Assembly (NCBI RefSeq): GCF_963921235.1
Contig: NC_086097.1
Span: forward strand, 131,628,001-131,692,000
Reading direction: 5' to 3'
DNA: 64,000 bases
Source of the DNA: Mobula hypostoma
Taxonomy: Eukaryota
In this document: positions 38,017-48,332 of the stretch, piece after piece
Layout of the letters: each line of letters begins with the position of its first letter
How positions within the stretch are numbered: position 1 is the stretch's first letter
Translations under genes and position numbers: made by a program
Notes under the pieces: model-generated
The model's database searches: none
The model's input: only the letters and a program-made list of their open reading frames with translations
What the model was told of the DNA's origin: nothing

Positions 38017-41000
38017 ATTGGGCATCAGAGGAGCAGACGTAGGAGTAGAGGGAGACAGAGTAGGAAGGCTTTGGCTCAACGGGGCTTCAGTGTTAACAGG
38101 TCAAGGAGAAGTAGGTTGCTTGATGAGAATACAGACAGGAAGTACGTGTGTGAGGCCGGTTTTCTGTGCTCAGTGTCAGATGTGGGAGGTTTGGGAGACT
38201 CCTAGCCTCCCGGACAGTCACATCCGTGCTAGGTGCGTCGAGCTGCAGCTCCTTAGGGACTGGGTTAGGGAACTGGAGATGCAGCTCAATGACCTTCATC
38301 TGGTCATGGAGAGTGAGGAGGTGAGAGAGAGGAGCGATAGGCAGGTAGTCACACTGGGGCCTCGGGAGACAGACAAGTGGGTAACAGTCAGGAGAGGGAA
38401 GGGCAGGAGTCAGAGGCTAGACAGCACCCTTGTGACTATACCCCTTGACAATAAGTACTCCTGCTTGAGTACTGTTGGGAGGGGCATACGGTCTACCTGG
38501 GGGAAGCAACAGTGGCTGTGCCTCTGGCACAGAGTCTGGCCCTGTGGCTCAGAAGGGTAGGGAAAGGAAGAGGATGGCAGCAGTGATAGGGGACTCTATA
38601 GTTAGGGGGTCAGACAGGCACTTCTGTGGATGCAAGAAAGGAGCACGGATGGTAGTTTGCCTCCCAGGTGCCAGGGTCTGGGATGTTTCTGATCGCATCC
38701 AAAATATCCTGAAGTGGGAGGGTGAGGAGCCAGAGGTCGTGGTACATATAGGTACCAACAACATAGGTGGGAAAAGGGAGAAGGTCCTGAAAGCAGACTA
38801 CAGGGAGTTAGGAAGGAAGTTGAGAAGCAGGAGTACAAATCTTGGGATTACTGGCTGTGCCACGTGACAGTGAGTATAGGGATAGAGTGAGGTGAAGGAT
38901 AAATGCGTGGCTGAGGGATTGGAGCAGGGGGCAGGGATTCAGATTTCCAGATCATTGGGACCTCTTTTGGGGCAGGAGTAACCTGTACAAAAAGGACAGG
39001 TTGCACTTGAATCCCAGGGGGACCAATACCCTGGCAGGGAGGTTTGCTAAGGCTATTGGGGAGAGTTTAAACTAGAATTGTTGGGGAGTGGGAACCAAAC
39101 TGAAGAGATGGAGGAAGAGGCGGTTGGCTCACAAATAGAGAAAGCTTGGAGACAATTCGAGAGGAAGGATAGGCAGGTGATCGAGAAGGGATGCGCTCAG
39201 ATCGATAGTTTGAGATGTATCTATTTTAATGCAAGGAGTATTATGAACAAAGCAGATGATCTTAGAGTGTGGATCAGTATTTGGAGCTATGATGTTGTGT
39301 GCCACTACAGAGACTTGGATGGCTCAGGGGCAGGAATGGTTACCAGGCTTTAGATGTTTTAGAAAGGACAGGGAGGGATACAAAAGAGGAGGGGGCATGG
39401 CACTGTTGATCAGAGATTCTGTCACGGCTGTAGAAAAGGAGGAAGACATGAAGGCATTGTCTACGGAGTCTCTGTGGGTGGGAGTTAGGAACAGGAAGGG
39501 GTCAATAACTCTACCGGATGTTTTTATAGACCACCCAATAGTAACAGGGACATCGAGGAACAGATAGGGAGACAGATTCTGGAAAGGTGTAATAATAACA
39601 GGGTTGTTGTGGTGGGAGATTTTAATTTCCCAAATATCGATTGACATGTCCCTAGAGCGAGGGGTTTAGATGGGGTGGAGTTTGTTAGGTATGTTCAAGA
39701 AGGTTTCTTGTCACAATATGTAGATAAGCCTACAAGAGGAGAGTCTGTACTTGATTTGGAATTGGGAAATGAATCTGGTCAGGTGTCAGGTCTCTCAGTG
39801 GGAGAGCATTTTGGAGAAAGTGATCACAACTCTGTCTCCTTTACCATAGAATTAGAGAGGGATAGGAACAGACAAGTTAGGAAAGCGTTTAATTGGAGTA
39901 AGGGGAAATATGAGGCTATCAGGCAGGAATTTGGAAGCATAAATTGGAAACAGATATTCTCAGGGAAATGTATGGAAGCAATGTGGCAAATATTCAGGGG
40001 ATATTTGCGTGGAGTTCTGCATAGGTACGTTCCAATGAGACAGGGAAAGGATGGTAAGATACAGGAACTGTCGTGTAGAAAGGCTGTTGTAAATTTAGTC
40101 AAGAAGAAAAGAAAAGCCTATGAAAGGCTCAAAAAGCTAAATAATGAGAGAGATCGAGAAGATTATAAGGCTACCAGGAAGGAGCTCAAGAAAGAAATTC
40201 AGAGAGCCAGAAGGGGCCATGAGAAGGGCTTGGCAGACATGATTAAGGTAAACTCCAAGGCATTCTACAAGTATGTTAAGAGCAAGAGGATAAGACGTGA
40301 GCGAATAGGACCAATCAAGTGTGACAGTGGAAAAATGTGTATGGAACCGGAGGAGATAGCAGAGGTACTTAATGAGTACTTTTCTTCAGTATTCACTACG
40401 GAAAAGGATCTTAGTGATTGTAGGGATGACTTGCAGCAGAATGAAAAGCTTGAGCATGTAGATATTAAGAAAGAGGATGTGCTGGAGCTTTTGGAAAGCA
40501 TCAAGTTGGATAAGTCACTGGGATCGGCTGAGATGTATCCCAGGCTACTGTGGGAGGCGAGGGAGGAGATTGCTGAGCCTCTGGCAATGACCTTTGCATC
40601 TGGAGGATTGGAAGGTTGTGGATTTTGTTCCATTATTCAAGAAAGGGAGAAGAGATAGCCCAGATTATAGACCAGTGAGTCTTACTTCAGTGGTTGTTAA
40701 GTTGATGGAGAAGATCCTGAAAGGCAGGATTTATGAACATTTGGAGAGCCATAATATGATTAGGAATAGTCAGCATGGCTTTGTGAAAGGCAGGTCATGC
40801 TTTACAAGCTTGATTGAATTTTTTGAGGATGTGACTAAACACATTGATGAAGGAAGAGCAGTAGATGTAGTGTATATGGATTTCAGCAAGGCATTTGATA
40901 AGGTACCCCATGCCAGGCTTATTGAGAAAGTAAGGAGGCATGGGATCCAAGAGGACATTGCTTTGTGGATCCAGAACTGGCTTGCCCACAGAAGGCAAAG

Positions 41001-43110
41001 AATGGTTGTAGATGGGTCATATTCTGCATGGAGGTTGGTCACCAGTGGTGTGCCTCAGAGATCTGTTCTGGGACCCCTATTCTTTGTAATTTTTATAAAT
41101 GACCTGGATGAGGAAGTGGAGGGATGGGTTAGTAAATTTGCTGATGACACAAAGATTGGAGGTGTTGTAGATAGTATGGACGGCTGTCAGAGGTTACAGC
41201 AGGACTTTGATAGGATGCAAAACTGGGTTGAGAAGTGGCAGATGGAGTTTAACCCAGAAAAGTGTGAGGTTGATCATTTTGGTAGGTCAAATATGATGAA
41301 AGAATATAGTATTAATGGTAAGACTCTCGGCAGTGTGGAGGATCAGAGGGATCTTGGGGTCCGAGTCCATAGGACACTCAAAGTTGCTGCGCAGGTTGAC
41401 TCTGTGGTTAAGAAAGCATACGGTGCATTGGCCTTCATCAATCATGGGATTGAGTTTAGAAGCCGAGAGGTAATGTTGCAGATATATAGGACCCCACTTG
41501 GAGTACTGTGCTCAGTTCTGGTTGACTCACTATAGGAAGGATGTGGAAACCATAGAAAGGGTGCAGAGGAGATTTACAAGGATGTTTGCCTGGATTGGGG
41601 AGCATACCTTATGAGAATAGGTTGAGTGAACTCGGCCTCTTTTCCTTGGAGTGACGAAGATTGAGAGGTGACCTGATAGAGGTGTATGAAATGATGAGAG
41701 GCATTGATTATGTGGATAGTCAGAGGCTTTTTCCCAGGGCTGAAATGACTTGTATGAGAGGGCACAGTTTTAAGGTGCTTGGAAGTAGGTTCAGAGGAGA
41801 TACCAGGGGTAAGTTTTTTACACAGAGAGTGGTGAGTGTGTGGAATGAGCTGCTGGCGATGGTGGTGGAGGCGGAAACAATAGGGTCTTTTAAGAGACTC
41901 CTGGATGGGTAAAATGCTGAAGATCCTGAAAGCTTGCGGAGTGCCAGACCATCTACTGAGAGCAATAGAGTCCAGATATACCAAAACCATGGCGAAAGTT
42001 GTATCACCAGACAGAGAAACAGCAGTGTTTGAGCTCCTAGCTGGTGTGCTGCAAGGAGACACTCTAACACCCTACATCGCTATAATCATCCTTGATTATG
42101 CTTTACGTCAAGCTAGCAAAGTTCATGACAAGCTCGGTTTTACCATAAAACCAGGACGAACCAAAAGGGTCAGATCAGTTACGCTCACAGATCTCGATTT
42201 TGCAGATGACATAGTCCTGTTCTCTGACCAGATGGAGGAAGCACAGCAGCTACTGCCAAAAGTGGAAATTGAGTGCAATAAAGTTGGACTTCACCTAAAC
42301 GCTAAAAAGACAGAGTACATGGTATTTAACTGCAACGAAGGTACTCTCAAGACTGTAAAGAATGATACCATTAAGAAAGTCTTTGACTACAGGTACCTCA
42401 GGTCAAGAATGATGAGTTCGGAGATGGACATAAAGATACGGAAGGCGTTGGTGTGGAGGGCTATGAACGACATGAAGGAAATCTGAAAGTTGAACCTGAC
42501 CAGAGGGCTTAAAAAGAGGATCTTCATAGCAGTCATAGAGTCCATTCTCACGTACAGATGCGAGATGTGGACACTCACCAAGGCTATGTGAAAGTCTCTA
42601 GATGGTTGCTATATATGAATGCTCCAGATGGCTCTAGATGTGAGTTGGCAACAGCACATGACGAACGTTGAGTTCTGTGACAACCAGCCGATGCTCACCA
42701 CTAAAATCGAGGCGAAAAGACTGCAACTAGTGGGGCACTGTCTATGCCACCCTGAGCTACCTGCCAGCTCCGTCATCATATGGGAGCCCAAGCACGGGAG
42801 GATGAACCCTGGGCGCCCTCCCAAGGCTATGTTCAACACACTCGTAGAAGACAGCGGCGCGGCTAATGTAGATGAACTGAACACGCTGATGAGGGAGAGG
42901 GAGAAGTGGGGAGTCCATCATTGTGCCCAACGCTGGCCCCCTAGGCCTGAGTCGACGTAGTAGTAGTAGTGGATAGGTACATGGTACTTAGAAAAATAAA
43001 GAGCTATGGGTAACCCTGGTAATTTCTCAGGTAAGGACATGTTCTGCACAGCTTTGTGGGCTGAAGGGCTTGTATTGTGCTGTAGGTTTTCTATGTTTCT
43101 ACGTTTCTTT
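38017..43110 (+). mobile_element. Near full-length degenerate CR1: ORF1 (Cys motif plus SGNH esterase), ORF2 (APE plus RT), 3' tail
   Basis: FCAQCQMWE; VIGDSIVRG..VVCLPGARV..VHIGTNN; CIYFNARSIMNK; GESDHNSV; YMDFSKAFDKVPH; SKFADDTK; gtttctat tail near 43090-43108. Confidence 0.92.
41912..42969 (+). mobile_element. RTE/RTEX-type LINE 3' part nested in the CR1
   Basis: AGVLQGDTLTPY..DLDFADD..GLHLNAKKTEYM..RLQLVGHC; (TAG)n tail; TSD tggat(g/a)ggta (41902-41911 / 42970-42979). Confidence 0.88.
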
Positions 43111-43565
43111 GATTTTCCCTGGCTATAGGTTGACTCATTATAGAGCCTAAGAGGTGAGGGTAAGAATGACCTCGTATAGTGCTCTATTACAAAAAGTGCT
43201 CCTCTGTTCAGCCAAAGTGCCGTGCAGAGGGTGAGAAACAGTTCCAGAATTGCCAGGATTTTCCGTAGGGTCCATTGTTTTACCACAGACTCCAGTGTGT
43301 CCATTTTGACTCCTATAACAGGGCCAGCCTTTCTAATCAGATTAGTGAGCCTGTTGGCATCATCCGTGTTGATGCCATTGCCCCAGCACACCATCACATA
43401 GAAGATTGCACTGGCGACAACAGACTGGTAGAACATGTGAAGTATAGATTCTCTAGGAAGTTGCCCAGAATGGAGGGCAAGGAGAGATTAGATAGGTTGG
43501 AATTGTTCTCACTGGATTGCAGGTGGCTGAGGGGGTGATCTTATAGATACTTATAAAATCATAGG

Positions 43566-44113
43566 GGGGTATGGGGTGTCCTCTGGTGGAGGAATATGTC
43601 ACGTCCTTTTCAGGGTGGTTAGTCAACATTTGGTCCCCACCTGGCACTCAGCTCTCACCTGTGGCTCCCCGTAGCTGTTTACATGCGACAGCGGCCACAC
43701 CCCGGGCAATGGCTTTGACAAGCCAGCTAAACCAGGTGAGGGTAGCCGACGGGTCTCAAACCCTCGGTGAGATAGGGAGTTGTCTATCCCAACATGTGAA
43801 GACAGACTCCGGTGGATTGAGTGGACAAGACCAATGGAAAGTCCAATGGTCAAGAAGGCGGTCTCTGCAAGCGTCATGGAATGTGTAGAGCACGACAAGA
43901 CACAGAAATTGTCCTGGTCATCCACTGCGCCTAGTCCCATCTCCAGCCGTCTTGACTCTCGTCTTGCCACTGGATCCAGATGGGAATTGGGAAGAGAGAG
44001 TGAGGCTGACGCTGCGCATCTCTCCCTCACTTAAATCCAAATCATGCGCTGGTCTTGACACCATCACCATGGTGTCAAGGTCTTCATCGACGTCAACGAT
44101 GGACGAACAACCC
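43566..44113 (+). mobile_element. Non-autonomous RTE-type retroposon (ribozyme head, RTE 5' UTR, RTE 3' tail)
   Basis: Perfect 14-bp TSD tataaaatcatagg (43552-43565 / 44114-44127) inside a CR1 fragment. No coding capacity. 3' stem-loops and an (AAC) tail. Confidence 0.88.
43573..43743 (+). ncRNA. HDV-like self-cleaving ribozyme (predicted)
   Basis: P1 GGGGUGU/ACACCCC; P2 GCUCUCACCUGU/ACCAGGUGAGGGU; P3 GGC/GCC; L3 UCCCCGUA plus a hairpin; P1.1 GG; GCAA; P4 UGGCUU/AAGCCA; J4/2 G-C-UAA. Confidence 0.8.
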
Positions 44114-45262
44114 TATAAAATCATAGGATAGGGGAGTCTGAAACTAGAGTGCAAATATTTAAAGGAGAACTGTGGGGCAAGTTATTCACGCAGAGCTGGA
44201 AATATGGAATGAGCTGCAGAACAATGGGTATAGTCACAGAGTTTACAATGTATTTGGACAGCTACATGGATAGCAAAGGGACATAGGGCAGTCGGGACTA
44301 GATTAGACTGGCACCTTTGTTGCTGTTGACACTTTGGGCTGAAGGGATGGTTTCTGTACTGTTCCCTCTATGACTGTGTGAACTTGTGGTTACACTGTAA
44401 GTCAGTGGTGACTTTGATCAGAGTAGTTTTGATCCTGTTTCAGAGCCAGGAGCCTGAATTGATGGATTTGAGTTCAAAGTTCAAAGTACATTTGTTGTCA
44501 AAGTATGTATACTATATATCACTGTGAGAGTCGTCTCATTGCATGCAGCCGCAAAACAAAGAAATGCCACAGAGCCCATTAAGAAAGAAGACTGACAAGC
44601 ACACAACGTGCAGAAAAAAATTGTGCAAACAATAAAAGTCAACAATTAACATTCTGAACTAAAGTTCACGGAAGTGAGTTCACAGCCACAAAACGATCAT
44701 CACTGTAGCCGATCCAGGAACCTGTTATTTGCACACCACTGCCGCGGTTCAGTGCAGAGACGAGTAAACCTTGAGGGGCAGTGAGCTGTACACTGGCCTG
44801 TCCCTCTTCCCTGGCCCCGACACCCTGACTGTTTCAGTCTGGCCTGGCACTTAAATTGGCCAAACTGTAGGTCATTTCTTCTCACACCCAGGTGGGCCCT
44901 GTTGCTTCAGTATGTTCTTGGGCCTGGGCCCCACCAGCTCAATTCAACACATACCCAAACTTTCCAATCTGACCCGGCACCTAAATTGAGCAAGCAGCCG
45001 GTTGTTCCTCTCTCTTGGGCTCAGGACCTGCTTCCTCCACTCTGCCTTGCCTCAGTTCTGCCACTTCGAATCGCCTCCAAGTCTGGCCCGGCAGCAGTAT
45101 TGTTTAGGTGAAGAAATTTCTCCTCGTCTATTTACTTTAGTTTGTGTGAACTCCAGTGTCATCAGGAACATCTTTCCTGCATCTACTCTACTCAGTCCTT
45201 TTAGAACTTTGCCGTGCTTTATCTAGCCTCTGCATACTTCCAAAAATCTCAGAAATATAAGC

Positions 45263-46125
45263 TTAATTGATACACCTCTCTTCACATATCTGTTCTGCCA
45301 TCTCAGCAATCAATCTGGTGAAACCGGAGTACACTCCTTTCATAGTGAAAACATCATTTATCAAATAAGGTCGCATACAATACTCAAAGTGTGGTCTAAC
45401 CAAAGCCTTTTTTAATAGCAGCAAAATATCCTTGCTCCTGTTCTTAAATCCCCTTGTTATGATGGCTGCAGTACTACTTGCCTTTGTAGCTGTCTGCTTC
45501 ATGTGCAATGTTGGCATTTATTTCAAGCAGAGTAGAATATAAAAGCAAGAAGATAATGCTGAGCCTTTATAAGACAATAGTCAGGCCGCACTTGGAGTAT
45601 TGCCGACAGTTTTGGGTCCTTTTTTGCAGAAAGGGTATGTTGTCATTGGAGAGAGTCCAGAGGGAGTTCACGAGGATGATTCTGGGAATGAAGAGGTTTA
45701 TATTGGTAGCTTTGGGCCTGTATTCACTGTAATTTAGAAGAATGAGTGGGGATCTCATTGAAACCTTCAAAATGTTGAAAGAATGAGATAGGGTGGATGT
45801 TTGCTATGCTGGGCATATCCTGAACTAGGGGGCACAGCCTCAAAATTGAGGGGCGACCTTTTAGGACGGAAGTAAGGAAGAACTTTTTAGTCAGAGAGTA
45901 GTGAATCTGTGGAATGCTTTGCCACAGACTGCAGGGGAGGCCAAGTTTGTGGGTATATTTAAGGTAGAAGTTGATTGTTCCCTGATCAGTCAGGGCATTG
46001 AAGGATATGGCAAGAAGGCAGATGTATGGGGTGGAGTGGGGTCCGGGATCAGCCATGATGGAATGGCGGAGCAGACTCGATGGGCTGAATGGCCTAATTC
46101 TGCTCCTATGTTTTATGGTCTTATG
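45263..46125. mobile_element. Two CR1 fragments back to back (minus 45263-45505; plus 45508-46125)
   Basis: LVRPHFEYC on the minus strand; IVRPHLEYCRQFW..NLWNALPQ plus a tail on the plus strand. Confidence 0.85.
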
Positions 46126-46362
46126 TGCATGCTTAATTATATAATCAAGGAAATCCAGGTGGCATTGTACCTTCCCCTTCCTAATCTATCAACATTCAGA
46201 TAACAGTCTTCTTGTTTTTGCCATTAAGATGGATACCATCACATTAACCATGTTATGCAGCATGTGTCATGCATTTTTTCAATCACACAACCTGTCAAAG
46301 CTTTACTATATCCACCTGACACCACTTCCACCAAACTAGTGTTATCTTCAGATTTGGATATA

Positions 46363-48332
46363 CAGGAGTCCCCCGCTTTTTGAACGTTCGCTTTACGAAA
46401 CCTCACTGTTACAAAAGACTTACATTAGTTCCCTGTTTTCGCTAACAGAAGGTGTTTTGACTGTTAGGAAAAAAGCAGCGCGCGCCCCGAGAAGTCGCTC
46501 TCCCCTGGATTTGGAACGGCATTCTCGCCAGCATTGCTTAAACACGTGCCTGTGAGCAGCCGTTAGCAAGATGAGTTCTAAGGTATCGGAAAAGCCTAAA
46601 AGAACTCATAAGGGTGTTATACTTGGCGTAAAACTAGATATAATTAAGCATTTCGATGATGGTGAACGAAGTAAGGACAAAGTGAGTTTGGCTTGTGGAC
46701 ACGAGGAAATCTGCAGATGCTGGAAATTTAAACAACACATATTGAAGTTGCTGGTGAATGCAGCAGGCCAGGCAGCATCTCTAGGAAGAGGTACAGTTGA
46801 CGTTTCGGGCTGAGACCCTTTGTCAGGACTAACTGAAAGAAGAGCTAGTAAGAGATTTGAAAGTGGGAGGGGGAGGGGGAGATCCAAAATGATAGGAGAA
46901 GACGGCGGGGGGGGCATGGAGCCAAGAGCTGGTCAGGTGATTGGCAAAAGGGATATGAGAGGATCATGGGACAGGAGGCCTAAGGAGAAAGAAAAGGGGA
47001 AGGGGGGAGGAAAAACCCAGAGGATGGGCAAGGGGTATAGTGAGAGGGACAGAGGGAGAAAAAGGAGAAAGAGAACAAGAATGTATGTATATAAATAAAT
47101 AACGGATGGGGTACAAGGGGGAGGTGGGGCATTAGCAGAAGTTTGAGAAGTCAATGTTCATGCCATCAAGTTGGAGGCTACCCAGACGGAATATAAGGTG
47201 TTGTTCCTCCAACCTGAGTGTGGCTTCATCTTTACAGTAGAGGAGGCCGCGGATGGACATATTAGAATGGGAATGAGACGTGGAATTAAAATGTGTGGTC
47301 ACTGGGAGATCCTGCTTTCTCCCTTACACTTCCTCCCTTACCACCATTCAGGGCCCCAGACAGTCCTTCCAGGTGAGGTGACACTTCACCTGTGAGTCGG
47401 CTGGGGTGATATACTGCGTCCAGTGCTCCTGATGTGGCCTCCTATATATTGGCGAGACATGATGCAGACTGGGTGATCGTTTTGCTGAACACCTACGCTC
47501 TGTCCACTAGAGAAAGCAGGATCTTCTCCTATCATTTTGGATCTGCCCCTCCCCCTCCCACTTTCAAATCTCTTACTAGCTCTTCTTTCAGTTAGTCCTG
47601 ACGAAGGGTCTCGGCCCAAAATGTCGACTATACCTCTTTCTAGAGATGCTGCCTGGCCTGCTGCGTTCACCAGCAACTTTGATGTGTGTTGCTTGGCTGG
47701 TGGAAGCTGATGGAGATGATGTTGAAGAGGTTTTGGCATCCCATGACCAAGGACTGATAGATGAAGAGCTGATGCAATTGGAAGAGGAAAGGATAACAAT
47801 CGAAATCGAATGCAGTAGCGAACTGAATGTGAAGCAACTGCGTGAGATTTTCGCTGCAATGATAAAGTACGACTTTAATTTTGAAAGGGTAAGTCGGTTT
47901 AGGGGATATTTGCAGGACAGTCTGAGTCCTTACAAAGAACTGTATGATAGAAAAATGCGCGAGGCTCAGCAGTCAAGCAAGCCTTCCACATCAGCCACAG
48001 CAGACGACGAACCTTGACCTTCGACATCGAGGCGGGCAGTCATAGGAGAAGATGACCTGCCTGCCCTAATGGAAACAGATGACGACGAGATGACACCCCA
48101 ACTCCCAGGGCGCGGACAGATATCGATTCGTGGAGAATGCAGCGGTAGCCGGGAGGCACACAGCACATCTTTAAGAAAAAAGCCAAAATAAACGTGCTAA
48201 TTAATTAGGTGTCACCTGACACATAATTGCCGGCCCAGATCAGAGGCGATGCAAGCTTCTTCACTTTACGACATTTTGGCTTACGAACCGTTTCATAGGA
48301 ACGCTCTATCTTCGGATGGCAGGGGAAACCTG
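46363..48332 (+). mobile_element. Tigger/pogo-type DNA transposon, internally deleted
   Basis: Imperfect TIRs caggagtcccccgc / gcaggggaaacctg with TA TSDs. N-terminal CENP-B-like HTH (PKRTHKGVILGVKLDIIKHFDDGER) and TIGD-like C-terminus (DDVEEVLASHDQGLIDEELMQLEE..LSPYKELY). No DDD domain. Confidence 0.85.
46700..47692. mobile_element. Penelope-like fold-back insertion inside the Tigger
   Basis: TSD ttggct(t/g)gtgga (46688-46699 / 47693-47704). Minus arm 46700-47318, inverted GIY-YIG piece and terminus 47320-47692. Hammerhead variants at 46794-46831 (-) and 47593-47630 (+). Confidence 0.9.

Larger units (their letters stand above)
37866..43440 (-). mobile_element. Rex1/Babar 3' part split into 37866-38016 and 43113-43440 by a CR1 insertion
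   Basis: Both halves match the 5520-6482 family (MFYQSVVASAIFYVMVCWGNGIN; (atag) tail with ctttattgatcccaaaggaaa). Confidence 0.75.

Noticed and set aside
46571..48017. Domesticated TIGD/CENP-B-like gene
   Set aside because: It retains TIRs and TA TSDs, lacks the catalytic domain, and is interrupted by a Penelope insertion.
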